A stretch of 64,000 bases of DNA from NCBI RefSeq assembly GCF_011745625.1, contig NW_027191478.1:62001-126000 (forward strand), read 5' to 3'. This document shows positions 25,936 through 36,099 of the stretch, one piece after another. How positions within the stretch are numbered: position 1 is the first letter of the stretch; each line of letters opens with the position of its first letter. The translations under genes and the position numbers were made by a program. Below the pieces are notes generated by a model. The model saw nothing but the letters and a program-made list of their open reading frames with translations. It made no database searches and was not told the DNA's origin. The stretch is from Cladosporium halotolerans (taxonomy: Eukaryota).

Positions 25936-28023
25936 TCACTCGTCATCGCTCTCGTCGTGGCTCTCAGGCACGTCAGCCCAGCCGCAACCCCAGCGCTGGC
26001 CGCCGCCTTCGCCACACGAACGCAGATGTCTCGCGTTCTCGCGATCCTCCCGCCAACAACGAGCGCGGAAATCGTCGCCGATCGAGACGAGGTTGCCTTC
26101 GGAGGTGAAGCTCAGAGATGTGACCTCCTTTCTGTGGCCGCGGACTAGAGCCGTTCCGAAAGATTCATAAATCGGAGGGCCACGCTTTTGGGCGGGCGGA
26201 GCCATCGATGGACTACGAGAGGGAGGAGCCAGGGAAGGCAGCTCGGCCTCGTCATCCTCGTCATTATCAAGATCGTTCGCGGTCTCAGGCTGAGGGACGT
26301 TATTCCGGAAGGGAAGGTGGCGTTCATCGGTAGGCATGACGACAGGGGTGCCCTCGGTGCTTCCGATGGCGAGCATTTCGGATTTGTCGTTCTTTGCCGT
26401 GCGGATTGCAGCGCGGACGTAGAAGCTGGCAGCACGCATTGCCGGGTGCTTGTATCCGTACAGCGGTGCGGCACCCATGCGCCCTTCTTTGGCCGCTCGG
26501 CGACCGGAGTAATTGGAAGAGAGCTCAGGTGCGCAGCCGAGCATGATGTGGTTGGTCGAGTAGGCGTAGACGACGGAGTCGCGACAAACCGAGTACAAGC
26601 GGGCACCATCGCCTGACAAAGCAAGGGCACCGATGCCCCAGTTGCGGTTGTGATGCTCCGGTACCGGAGTACTCGAGACGGGAATGGCCAGCCCACGACG
26701 TCCTGCGTTACGGAGATCCCAAAGCTTGATACTAGCATTAGCTTCGCTTGCCGTTGCAAGCATGTGGCTTCTGTGGTTGCCGAGGTGTTGGAAAGCAGTG
26801 ATAGAGACACCTGTTAAGTCATTTGCCGAATGTTTCGCCTTGCCTTGAGTCAATCGATGTGCTCGGCCGATGTCCATGCTGAACTTGGAGTAGAGAGTTT
26901 GCGGGTCCGTCCTCTCAGAGCCAGCTGGATGAAGGATTTGGGATGCAGTTTTCGATGAGCAGCGAAGGTCCCAAATCTGTACACTGCCGTCACGGCTGCT
27001 TGTGGTCACCATCTTCTCGTCGTTGGGGTGGAAGCGGACCTGCTTCAGGCTACCGTTGTGCCCACTCAAAATGTACATGACCTTCTGCGTCTGCATGTCG
27101 ACAATGCGAGCCGTTTGATCACCCGACGCAGTTGCAAGCATGTAGTCATCCGAGCTAAAAGCAATGTCCATGATGGCATTGCGGTGAACTTTGAACGAAA
27201 CGTGCGGCTTGCTGAACTCGGCACCGGCAGAGCTGTCAACCAGACGGACACTGCCTTCTTCATCGGCAAAAGCTACCAGAGGGTTAGTGTTGCAACTAGT
27301 GGTGCAAAAGGGCAACGCTGAACCTCTGAACGAGTACAGATCTTGCGGAAGAGAGACGAAGTCTGAGGTCTCGGTGCGCCAATCGACACAGTGTTCCGGT
27401 CCGAAAAAGCCGCGAGACGTCGACTCAAAGCCACCAAAGCTTCGCTGTAGGATGCGATGTGACTGTCCTGTGTGACGAAGACGGCGAATGGGTTTAGGGA
27501 ATGGTTCCAAGCGTTGCATCAGGTCCGGGAGGTCGTCGTCGGCCATTGCAGACACCGACATACAGTCATCCTCGTCAATGTCGATCCGATCGTTGGTAGG
27601 CTCAACCTTGCGCAGCGGAGAAGATTGTGGTGGCGAGCTCGGCATATCCAGTGACTGCTTCCTCCTCTTCAACGGCCTTGCAGTGAAGAGTTCGTCCGCA
27701 TCATCGCCCAAGTCAACCCCGGGTGTTCCAGCTTTCCTGCGATTGATTCCATTCTGCGTGATATCCCTCAACTGTCTTCCAGCCTTGCTTTGCCGACCTC
27801 CGCGACCGGATAGTGTGCTGCTTCGAGGTGTAAAGAACTTGTTGAATCGTTTTGGCGTGACAGTAGGTGGCTTCTTGGGCTTGAGCGAACTGGAGCGGAA
27901 GGCTGCAGCTGCATCGCTGCGAGACCTTAGTGGCGATGAGGGCAGGACATCGTGGTCGAGAACATCGACGGCAAGACTTTCGTTCTGGCTTCCTTGTGAC
28001 GAGGAGAAAGGCAGCTCCGCCAT
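25936..28023 (-). CDS. CDT2: WD40 protein Cdt2/DTL (CRL4 substrate receptor)
   Basis: HRNAIMDIAFSSDD..LATASGDQT, GHNGSLKQVRF, SSRDGSVQIWDLR, IKLWDLR, SFYVR, GHRKEVTSL and a Gly/Trp C-terminal motif. Confidence 0.9.
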   Translation of the reverse strand: MAELPFSSSQGSQNESLAVDVLDHDVLPSSPLRSRSDAAAAFRSSSLKPKKPPTVTPKRFNKFFTPRSSTLSGRGGRQSKAGRQLRDITQNGINRRKAGTPGVDLGDDADELFTARPLKRRKQSLDMPSSPPQSSPLRKVEPTNDRIDIDEDDCMSVSAMADDDLPDLMQRLEPFPKPIRRLRHTGQSHRILQRSFGGFESTSRGFFGPEHCVDWRTETSDFVSLPQDLYSFRGSALPFCTTSCNTNPLVAFADEEGSVRLVDSSAGAEFSKPHVSFKVHRNAIMDIAFSSDDYMLATASGDQTARIVDMQTQKVMYILSGHNGSLKQVRFHPNDEKMVTTSSRDGSVQIWDLRCSSKTASQILHPAGSERTDPQTLYSKFSMDIGRAHRLTQGKAKHSANDLTGVSITAFQHLGNHRSHMLATASEANASIKLWDLRNAGRRGLAIPVSSTPVPEHHNRNWGIGALALSGDGARLYSVCRDSVVYAYSTNHIMLGCAPELSSNYSGRRAAKEGRMGAAPLYGYKHPAMRAASFYVRAAIRTAKNDKSEMLAIGSTEGTPVVMPTDERHLPFRNNVPQPETANDLDNDEDDEAELPSLAPPSRSPSMAPPAQKRGPPIYESFGTALVRGHRKEVTSLSFTSEGNLVSIGDDFRARCWREDRENARHLRSCGEGGGQRWGCGWADVPESHDESDDE

Positions 28024-28180
28024 GATGATGTGTGAGGGTCTGGCGCGGAGAAGTTATACGAGAAGCACCCTCATGTGTGCAAGAAGTGTATGGATGTTCG
28101 CCCACTATGGCGGTTGCTTGGGAGAGGTGGTGGAGGTGGGTGCACTCGACCTGTGCGCTAAAGTGGTTTCGCTGGCGTGC

Positions 28181-28214
28181 TCGCGTCTGATCGCGTACCT
28201 AGAATGGGACGCGT
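28181..28214. promoter_or_regulatory. Cluster of three MCB-like boxes in the CDT2/RRP5 divergent promoter
   Basis: TCGCGT at 28181 and 28191 (ACGCGA on the minus strand) and a perfect ACGCGT at 28209-28214. cdt2 is an MBF-regulated G1/S gene in fission yeast. Confidence 0.55.
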
Positions 28215-28368
28215 TTTTGAGCTCGGACCCAAACTCTGGAAGTGGCGTCAAGCCTCGGCAAGCCGGCGGCGGCCGGTCCCTTCCCGCCTAGCCAAACTCT
28301 AAAAAGTTGCTGCTGAAAGTTCGAAGTTCGATTTGCGATCCAGCGATTGAAGCTCACCTCCAGCAGCC

Positions 28369-31300
28369 ATGGCTTCCGTCAAGAGAAAGGCCGTCGCCGA
28401 CGAGCGGCCGCTCAAGAAGGCCAAGTCCGGAAAGCCTGACGAGAACGAAAAAAAGTTAGGCAAGAAGGGCGACGCCAAAGCAGGCAAGCCCGCGAAAGAT
28501 GGAGACGCCGGCGAGCGCAAGCCTGCTGTAAAATCAGTTTTGCAGCAGGAAGAGTCCAGCTTCCCTCGTGGAGGTGCCAGCGTCTTGACACCGATCGAGA
28601 AGAAGCAGATTGAAGCGCGCGCCGAGCGAGATGTTCTGTTCGAGCAGCAGACAGGTCAAAAGCCTGCGCGCAATGAAGGAGATGACGACCTCTTTGACGA
28701 GGAGGAAGAGGATGCCGGCGCCAAGAAGAACAAGAAGAAGGGCAAGATGGCGAAGAAGAGCTCTGGAGTGAAAATTCCGGGTTCTGGAATCAAGATCCAG
28801 AGCTTGAGCTACAAGAGCTTGGGAATTGGAAGCGCGGTTTTGGGAAGAGTTACGGCTGTCACGAGCAAAGACGTTGCTGTAGCCCTGCCCAATAACCTGA
28901 CTGGTTACGTCCCCATCACTGCAGTCTCGACCCGCCTCAACGAAAGAATCGAGAGCTTGCTGCGGGAAGATCCCATGAAGGAGGACGAGGACGAGGACGA
29001 GGAGGACATCGATCTGAAAAAGCTCTTCCACGAGGGTCAATGGATTCGCGCGACTGTTACTGGTACTGGATCCGAGTCTGCAGACAAGAAAGCGAAACGT
29101 CACATCGAGCTGTCAGTCGATCCTAGCCACGTCAATGGTGGCCTTGAATCAGAGAACGTAGTCGCCAACAGCACCGTCCAAGCAAGCGTGAGAAGTGTCG
29201 AGGACCACGGTATTGTAATGGATCTGGGACTCGCCGAGGCCGATGTTAAGGGATTTGTCAGCAAGAAGGAACTTGGAGCCGCGTACAAATTGGATGAGGT
29301 GCAAGAAGGTCAAGTCATGCTTTGCTTGGTCACTGGAAAGGGCAGCAACGGCAAGGTTCTCAAGCTGTCCCCAGATGCGGCTCGCTTCTCTGCTGTAGTT
29401 GCTGGCAAGCAAGCTCCCGTTGTTACAGCTGCTCCTGTCGTGGATGCTTTCCTCCCAGGTACCGCTGTTGACGTGCTGGTCACTGAATCTACCACTGGAG
29501 GTATTGCTGGAAAGATCATGGGCATGCTTAACGTGACCGCCGACTACGCACACTCCGGTGCCTGCGTTGGTGTTGACCCTTCAGAGAAATACAAGGTCAA
29601 CTCTAAGGTCAAAGCCCGCATCATCTGGGCTCTGCCTGACGAGGACGGCCGCAAGGTGGGCGTCTCTCTACTGGATTCAGTCCTCACCATGCCACCGCCT
29701 GCCGACAGACTGGCAGAGGCCACCAGTGCCAAGCTCAAGAATCTCTCTACTTCTATGGTCCAAAGCCTGCCCACATCGACCATCGTCGAAGAAGCGAAGG
29801 TGTCGCAGGTATTGTCCGAGCGCGGTTTGTATTTGACGCTGCCGTCGAAAGACGGTGTCACTCCTCTTGCGTTTGCGCACATCTCCCAGGTCTCGGATTC
29901 CCGCGTTGACTCCCTCTCCTCATCCACCGGAGCATACAAGGTGGACTCTACTCACAAAGTGCGCATCCTCGGCTTCAATCCGGTGGACAACGTCTACTCT
30001 GTTACCTTGAAGGAAAGCGTTCTCAACCAGCCATTCTTGAGACTGGAGGACCTCACTCTGGGCGAGACTCTCAAGGGTAGCGTCGAGAAACTTATCTTGG
30101 GCGGTTCCAAGGGCGTCACTGGTATCCTCGTCAAGCTCACCGACAACATCTCTGGTCTGGTCCCGGAGATGCACATGTCCGATGTACAGCTCCAACATCC
30201 TGAGCGAAAATACCGCGAGGGCTTCCCCATCACAGTGCGCGTGCTGTCCGTCGACCTTGAGAAGAGGCATGTTCGCTTGACTCTCAAGAAGAGTCTTCTT
30301 AACGACAAGGAGCTCCCGATCTGGTCCGACTACAGCAAACTCGAGCCGGATATGGAATCGAAGGGCACTGTCGTCAACATCAAGGCCAACGGCGCTGTTG
30401 TGCAATACTTTGGCAGCGTCCGTGCGTGGCTTCCTGTCGCAGAGATGAGCGAAGCTTTCGTCCAGCAGGCAGACAGGCACTTCCGTGTCGGCCAGACCAT
30501 CACCACCCGCATCCTCTCGGTTGACGCCGAGACGCAGGAGATGAAGGTGAGCTGCAAGAGCGGCGAGCCTTTGGACGATGAGCAGCTTGATGCATGGAAC
30601 AAAATTCAGGGTGGCGAGATTGTCAGCGCTACTGTAACCGAGAAGACTGCAGACAGCGTTTCTGTCGATCTGGAGAATGGGCTCAAGGGCACAATTCGTG
30701 TGGCACACCTGGTCGATGCGTCCGCTGCAAAGGCCGAGAACGCTCTCAAACGCATCAGGGTTGGCCAGAAACTTACGGATCTTCTCGTCCTCAACAAGCT
30801 GCCGCGCACTAGACAGGTACTCCTCTCCAACAAGCCTGGAATGGTCGAGGATGCCAAGAATGGAAAGCTTGTCAAGGCTTTCACCGATGTGAAGCAGGGT
30901 AGCAAGCTGCATGGTTTCGTCCGCAATGTGACACCGGAGGGTGTATACATCGAGTTCGCAAATGGTGTTGTTGGTCTTGCGCTGAAGTCCCAGCTTGCTC
31001 CTGAAATGCTTTCTCAGTCTGCTTTTGGGCTGCGGAAGGATCAGAGCATTGCGCCTCGTGTTCTCAACCTCGACGCCGGCCGGGAGAGGTTCTTGCTTAG
31101 CATGAGAGAGCAGAAGGATGAGACCGCCGCTGATAAGAAGCCTGAACTCGCCGCGCAAAATCTTGTCAACCCGGTGGATCCGTCTATCTCATCAAGCGCA
31201 GACCTGACGCTTCACCGCGTTGTCAAGGCGCGTATTGCTTCGATCAAGGGTACGCAGATCAATGTCCGCCTGGCCGACAACACACATGGCCGCATTGATG

Positions 31301-33834
31301 CCAGCGAGGCCTACGACTCCTGGGACCAATTCAAGAACAAGAAGGCCCCGCTTCAGCAGTTCAAGCAAGACGAGGTGATCGACGTGAAAATTCTGGGCAT
31401 TCACGATTCCAGGAACCACCGATTCCTGCCCATCAGCCACCGTCACAGCAAGAACCCCGTTTTTGAGCTTTCGGCTAAGAAGAGCAGAGTCGAGCAGGAC
31501 GACAATTCCCTTTTGGGCGGACTGGAGGGCGTCAACGCCGGCGAGGAGTACATCGCGTTCGTCAACAACCATGGCGACGACTGCGTCTGGGTCAACCTGT
31601 CACCGAGCGTCAGAGGACGTGTTGCTCTCATGGATCTGTCAGACGACGCTGGACTGTTGGGTGACGTGGTCAAGAATTTCCCCATCGGCTCCGCACTGCA
31701 GGTTAAGGTGAAGAACGTCATGCCTCTCTCCAACCGTCTTGACCTGAGCGCGAAGGTCGGTGAGGCTGCTGGTCAGGTCACACTCGAAAACATCACGGCT
31801 GGAAGTGTCATCGCCGGCAGAGTGACGAAGACCTCGGAGAGATCCGTTACGGTGCAGCTTTCGGACAGCCTTGCAGGCCTCGTGCCCTTGACCGAGCTTA
31901 GCGACGACTTTGACCAGGCCGACCCGACACAGTACAGCAAGAATGACATCGTCCGCGTCTGTGTGCTTAATGTCGACAGACCGAACAAGAAGATCTCCCT
32001 CTCCCTCCGACCTTCCAAGGTGCTGAGCTCCAGCCTGCCAGTCAAGGACGTTCAGATCCCGAACCTCACCAGCCTCAAGTCCGGAGACCTCGTCCGCGGC
32101 TTCGTCAAGCACATCAGCGAGAAGGGTGTTATCGTCTCCCTCAGCGGGACCGTCGACGCCTTCGTCCGCATCGCAGACCTCAGCGACCAGTACATCAAGG
32201 ACTGGAAGACCTTCCTCTCCATCGACCAGCTCGTGCGCGGCCGCATCATGGCCGTCGACGCCCCAGCCAAGCACATCCAGCTGTCTCTCAAGGCATCCCA
32301 CGCGGACCCCAATTTCACTGCACCTCTCAAAATGGACGACATGAAGACCGGCATGGTTGTGACGGGCAAGGTCCGCAAGGTCGAGGACTTTGGCGCCTTC
32401 ATCGACATCGACAACACCGTCCCCAGACTGAGCGGTCTCTGCCACAGGACTGAGATTGCTGACAAGCGCGTTGCTGATGTGCGCAAGATCTACGAAGCTG
32501 GCGACAACGTCAAGGCTATCGTTCTGAAGGTGAATGCGAAGGACAAGAAGATCAGCTTGGGATTGAAGGCTAGCTACTTCAAGAATGATGCGGATGTCGA
32601 GATGGAGGACGATGAGGAAGACGAGTCTGATGCTGAGGCAGGCGGTGTCGACGTTGGTTCTGACGAGGACGAAGACGTGGAGATGGAAGACGAGCTCGAC
32701 CTTGACAACGTCGAGGACATGGACAGCGACGACGCCGGCGTCCCCGTCGACGAAGACAGCGAGGACTCCGACAACGAGGCCGCACAGCCCGCCACCGGCC
32801 TCACCACCTCCGGCTTCGACTGGACCGGCGACTCTCTCAATCCCGCCGCAAAGGACGTCGCCTCCGACTCCGAAGGCGAGACGACCAGCAAAAAGCGCAA
32901 GCGCAACAAGCAAGAGATCAAGGTCGACCTCACCGCGGACCTCGACAAAGACGGCCCGCGCAACACCTCCGACTTCGAGCGCCTCCTCCTCGGCCAGCCC
33001 AACGACTCCGCCCTGTGGATCCAATACATGGCCTTCCAGCTCCAGCTCGGCGAGCCCCAGAAAGCGCGCGAGATCGCCGAGCGCGCCCTGCGCACGATCC
33101 ACATCCGCGAGCTGGACGAGAAGGCCAACGTCTGGACCGCCCTGCTCAACCTCGAAGTCGAGTACGGGTCCGACGAGCGCGTCGAGGCCGCCTTCGCCCG
33201 CGCCTGCCAGGTCCAGGAGCCGCTCGGCATGCACGAGAAGCTGGCGTCGATCTACATCGACTCCGGCGCGCACGCCAAGGCCGACGCCGTCTTCGCCCGC
33301 ATCGTCGCCAACAAGGCCTTCCGAGCCGCCCCGGACGTCTGGCTCAACTACGCCACTTTCCTCATGAGCTCGCGCGGCGACGCGGAGGGCGCGCGGGCGC
33401 TGCTCCCGCGGGCGCTCAAGAGCGTGCCGACGCCGGAGCACCGCTTGCTGACGGCGAAGTTTGCTGGGCTGGAGTTCCGCTCTAGCGGCGGGGATGCCGA
33501 GCGCGGCCGCACGCTGTTCGAGAACCTGGTCGGCGAGTGGCCGAAGTGGACGCAGGGGTGGGACATGTGGGTTGACCTTGAGCGGAGCGCGGCGGGCGCG
33601 GCGGAGAGCGAGGAGGGGCGGAAGGAGGGCGTGGAGCGCGCGAGGGGCCTGTTCGAGCGCATGAGCAAGGCGAAGATGAAGAAGAGGCGGGCGAGGTTTG
33701 TGTTCAAGCGGTGGATGGAGTTTGAGGAGAAGGAGGGGAGCAAGGAGGATGTGGAGAGGGTGAAAGGGGTGGCGAAGGAGTGGGTTGAGAGGGCGGCGGA
33801 GAGGAAGGGTGGGGATGAGGAGGATGAGGAGTGA
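28369..33834 (+). CDS. RRP5: rRNA biogenesis protein Rrp5 (S1 repeats plus C-terminal HAT/TPR repeats)
   Basis: 1821-aa intronless ORF with FPRGGASVLTP, many S1 repeats, an acidic linker and DFERLLLGQPNDSALWIQYMAFQL. Confidence 0.97.
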   Translation: MASVKRKAVADERPLKKAKSGKPDENEKKLGKKGDAKAGKPAKDGDAGERKPAVKSVLQQEESSFPRGGASVLTPIEKKQIEARAERDVLFEQQTGQKPARNEGDDDLFDEEEEDAGAKKNKKKGKMAKKSSGVKIPGSGIKIQSLSYKSLGIGSAVLGRVTAVTSKDVAVALPNNLTGYVPITAVSTRLNERIESLLREDPMKEDEDEDEEDIDLKKLFHEGQWIRATVTGTGSESADKKAKRHIELSVDPSHVNGGLESENVVANSTVQASVRSVEDHGIVMDLGLAEADVKGFVSKKELGAAYKLDEVQEGQVMLCLVTGKGSNGKVLKLSPDAARFSAVVAGKQAPVVTAAPVVDAFLPGTAVDVLVTESTTGGIAGKIMGMLNVTADYAHSGACVGVDPSEKYKVNSKVKARIIWALPDEDGRKVGVSLLDSVLTMPPPADRLAEATSAKLKNLSTSMVQSLPTSTIVEEAKVSQVLSERGLYLTLPSKDGVTPLAFAHISQVSDSRVDSLSSSTGAYKVDSTHKVRILGFNPVDNVYSVTLKESVLNQPFLRLEDLTLGETLKGSVEKLILGGSKGVTGILVKLTDNISGLVPEMHMSDVQLQHPERKYREGFPITVRVLSVDLEKRHVRLTLKKSLLNDKELPIWSDYSKLEPDMESKGTVVNIKANGAVVQYFGSVRAWLPVAEMSEAFVQQADRHFRVGQTITTRILSVDAETQEMKVSCKSGEPLDDEQLDAWNKIQGGEIVSATVTEKTADSVSVDLENGLKGTIRVAHLVDASAAKAENALKRIRVGQKLTDLLVLNKLPRTRQVLLSNKPGMVEDAKNGKLVKAFTDVKQGSKLHGFVRNVTPEGVYIEFANGVVGLALKSQLAPEMLSQSAFGLRKDQSIAPRVLNLDAGRERFLLSMREQKDETAADKKPELAAQNLVNPVDPSISSSADLTLHRVVKARIASIKGTQINVRLADNTHGRIDASEAYDSWDQFKNKKAPLQQFKQDEVIDVKILGIHDSRNHRFLPISHRHSKNPVFELSAKKSRVEQDDNSLLGGLEGVNAGEEYIAFVNNHGDDCVWVNLSPSVRGRVALMDLSDDAGLLGDVVKNFPIGSALQVKVKNVMPLSNRLDLSAKVGEAAGQVTLENITAGSVIAGRVTKTSERSVTVQLSDSLAGLVPLTELSDDFDQADPTQYSKNDIVRVCVLNVDRPNKKISLSLRPSKVLSSSLPVKDVQIPNLTSLKSGDLVRGFVKHISEKGVIVSLSGTVDAFVRIADLSDQYIKDWKTFLSIDQLVRGRIMAVDAPAKHIQLSLKASHADPNFTAPLKMDDMKTGMVVTGKVRKVEDFGAFIDIDNTVPRLSGLCHRTEIADKRVADVRKIYEAGDNVKAIVLKVNAKDKKISLGLKASYFKNDADVEMEDDEEDESDAEAGGVDVGSDEDEDVEMEDELDLDNVEDMDSDDAGVPVDEDSEDSDNEAAQPATGLTTSGFDWTGDSLNPAAKDVASDSEGETTSKKRKRNKQEIKVDLTADLDKDGPRNTSDFERLLLGQPNDSALWIQYMAFQLQLGEPQKAREIAERALRTIHIRELDEKANVWTALLNLEVEYGSDERVEAAFARACQVQEPLGMHEKLASIYIDSGAHAKADAVFARIVANKAFRAAPDVWLNYATFLMSSRGDAEGARALLPRALKSVPTPEHRLLTAKFAGLEFRSSGGDAERGRTLFENLVGEWPKWTQGWDMWVDLERSAAGAAESEEGRKEGVERARGLFERMSKAKMKKRRARFVFKRWMEFEEKEGSKEDVERVKGVAKEWVERAAERKGGDEEDEE

Positions 33835-36099
33835 GTGAGGGAGGGAGTGAAGGAGAGGTGTAGAGTTCTTTCTCTTTGAGAGTTTCTTTTGGTCTATTAT
33901 TAGTATGGCAGGGCGTGTACTTTCTCTAGATGGTCGAAAAAAAATGCGTGTATAATGTTCTCTCTCCCCCATGTCGCATTTCTTCAATTCTTCACACCAC
34001 CTGCAGTTCAGCGCGCCTGGAAACTTACGCCCAGAGAAATCCCACGAGGCCTACCTGTGCAACAGTGGCTCGTGACCGCATCGAAAAATACACTTGCAAT
34101 CCAACTCCCAATTCCAATTCCCACATACCGCTTCCATAAAATCCCAAAGCATCACCAAAACCCAAAACGCCACAGACGTCGCCGCACAGCACCCACCAGC
34201 CACGTGCGCCCTGGGCGCCTGTTTTGCCTTTTGACGCTCGATCCTGGGCCGCGATCGTGCCAACGGCTTTGTATTTGCTTGGAAGGATTGTGGACTAGAG
34301 AGTCCTCCGCGGAGGCGAGGGATGGCTTGGTTAATGCTAGGGCGCGGGGTTGGAGGGATTCCAATTGCTGCGTATCGCCAGTTAAGCTGCAGGCTATGAG
34401 AGTTCATGTGCAGGCTTATGGTAAGTAATATCAGGCTGGAGAGGGAGGCTGGAGTTCATGTAAGGCCGCCTACCTAATCAGGTGGCCAGCCAGTGCTGGA
34501 TTTACAGCATCGAGAGAAGTATAGTACAAAAGAGGATTCACAGGCCGCGGAAGTCGGAAATCACACAGAGACATGCCGGCGCGCTAAGGCAGCTGTGTAT
34601 CTCGCTCTCGTCGCTTTCGCCATCCGCAATCCTGGCGACAGGGCTCGGCGCGGAAGCCGGGGCTTCCGGGGCGGTGCGAGGCGAGGCGAGATGAGGCGCG
34701 CACGACGTGGGAAGGGAATGTAAGGTATGCACGCAGATCAGCTCGGTGCTCGTGCATCTCCGTCCGAAAGGAAGATGCACGCCACGAAGACCGGAAAGCA
34801 CACCTCGCATTCAAAGGGGCGTGGCTCGCGTTCCTGCAGGCCTGCTCGTGCAGCTGTCATCAAGTGCTATTTTGCAGCGGTTTGAGGTATGCTGGACGGC
34901 GGCGAGGGTCGGCAAAGAGCTACAGGGCATGGAAGAGCGTGACACGGCTCGCCGGGTGGGGAGCGGCGGCGCGGTGATGCGGGTGTACCGGCGCTTGGTG
35001 TTCACCTGGGGCTTGGGCAGGAATGGCGGATGGTGCGCTTTGTGCTGACTTAGCGGTGGCTGGATACGGCGAGGAGATGTCTTGGAGGCTGGGGTGCCTT
35101 GGTGCGAGAGCAAATAAGCTCGCTGGATGTGCGATGGCCGCGGGCTTGGGCTGCGCGACGACAGGGCTCCAGCGCATGCGGGATTGCGGCACAGCGGTAG
35201 CGTCAGAATGCCTGGTGTTTCTCATGCACGACGGGATGCCGGCGGAGAGACCCTTGGACAGCAGCTCGAGCAGCTCCGTGTCAGGCTTTTGCTGGGGCGT
35301 GGAGAGATGGCGCCAGCAGCGACCCGTCCGCCGCGACTCATGCGCGTGTGGAGATGGTGTGAGGGGAGCGGTCAACGTCTGGAGCGTGTCGTCTCGACGT
35401 TCGGGGGGAGGATTCATGTAGCCTCCTCCAAACACCGCGACGGCCGCACACGACTCGCTGACGGTCTGTAAATAACGGCCACCCGCAACGCAACCACGGC
35501 CGCGGCGTGGGTACGTATGCAGACGCATGCAGATGCGGTGAAGCTTGGCGCAAAGGTAAGCGCCTCGCCTAGCGCCCTCTGCCACGGTGCTGTGGCTTTT
35601 GCCGCCGGCATCCGCGCATCATTGATACCAAGCTGCCACTCGCCCTAACCCAATTCACATTCCACCCGCCGCCCGTTGTTGAGATAATCTTCACCGCGGC
35701 CGCCAGGCCTCACAAACACTTCGCTCCCTCCACCCTTCGTTTCCTTTTCGCATGTGCTTCGAACAATAGGTCCTTGCGTGCGTGGGACTGCGACACGACG
35801 CACCAGCCCGGACATGCGCCTTCCCTTCTGCTATTGTCAAATAAGGAACCGCTCGCGGGTCTGAACCTCGCCTGTACCTATCACCCGGTCTCGACCTCGC
35901 ACCGCACCACAACACCACCCTCATCGCACATCTCGGACCTCCCTCCCGCTCTGTAGCTAGCCGGTTCACCTCTTGCTGTTTCCTGTGGTCGAACATTCCA
36001 GCCAGCTGGTAGTGCTGACGCGCCTACCCTCTGCGCTGGCACTTCAGCGATACGCGAAAACACACGACTCTTCTCCTTTCCCACACCAACAATCGCAAC

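Noticed and set aside
31639..33987. 782-aa minus-strand ORF; likewise 52757-55114 (-), 23548-25137 (+), 4591-5766 (+), 10759-11847 (-), 60948-62084 (+)
   Set aside because: These are antisense shadows of real genes with GC-ending codon bias and have no independent motifs.
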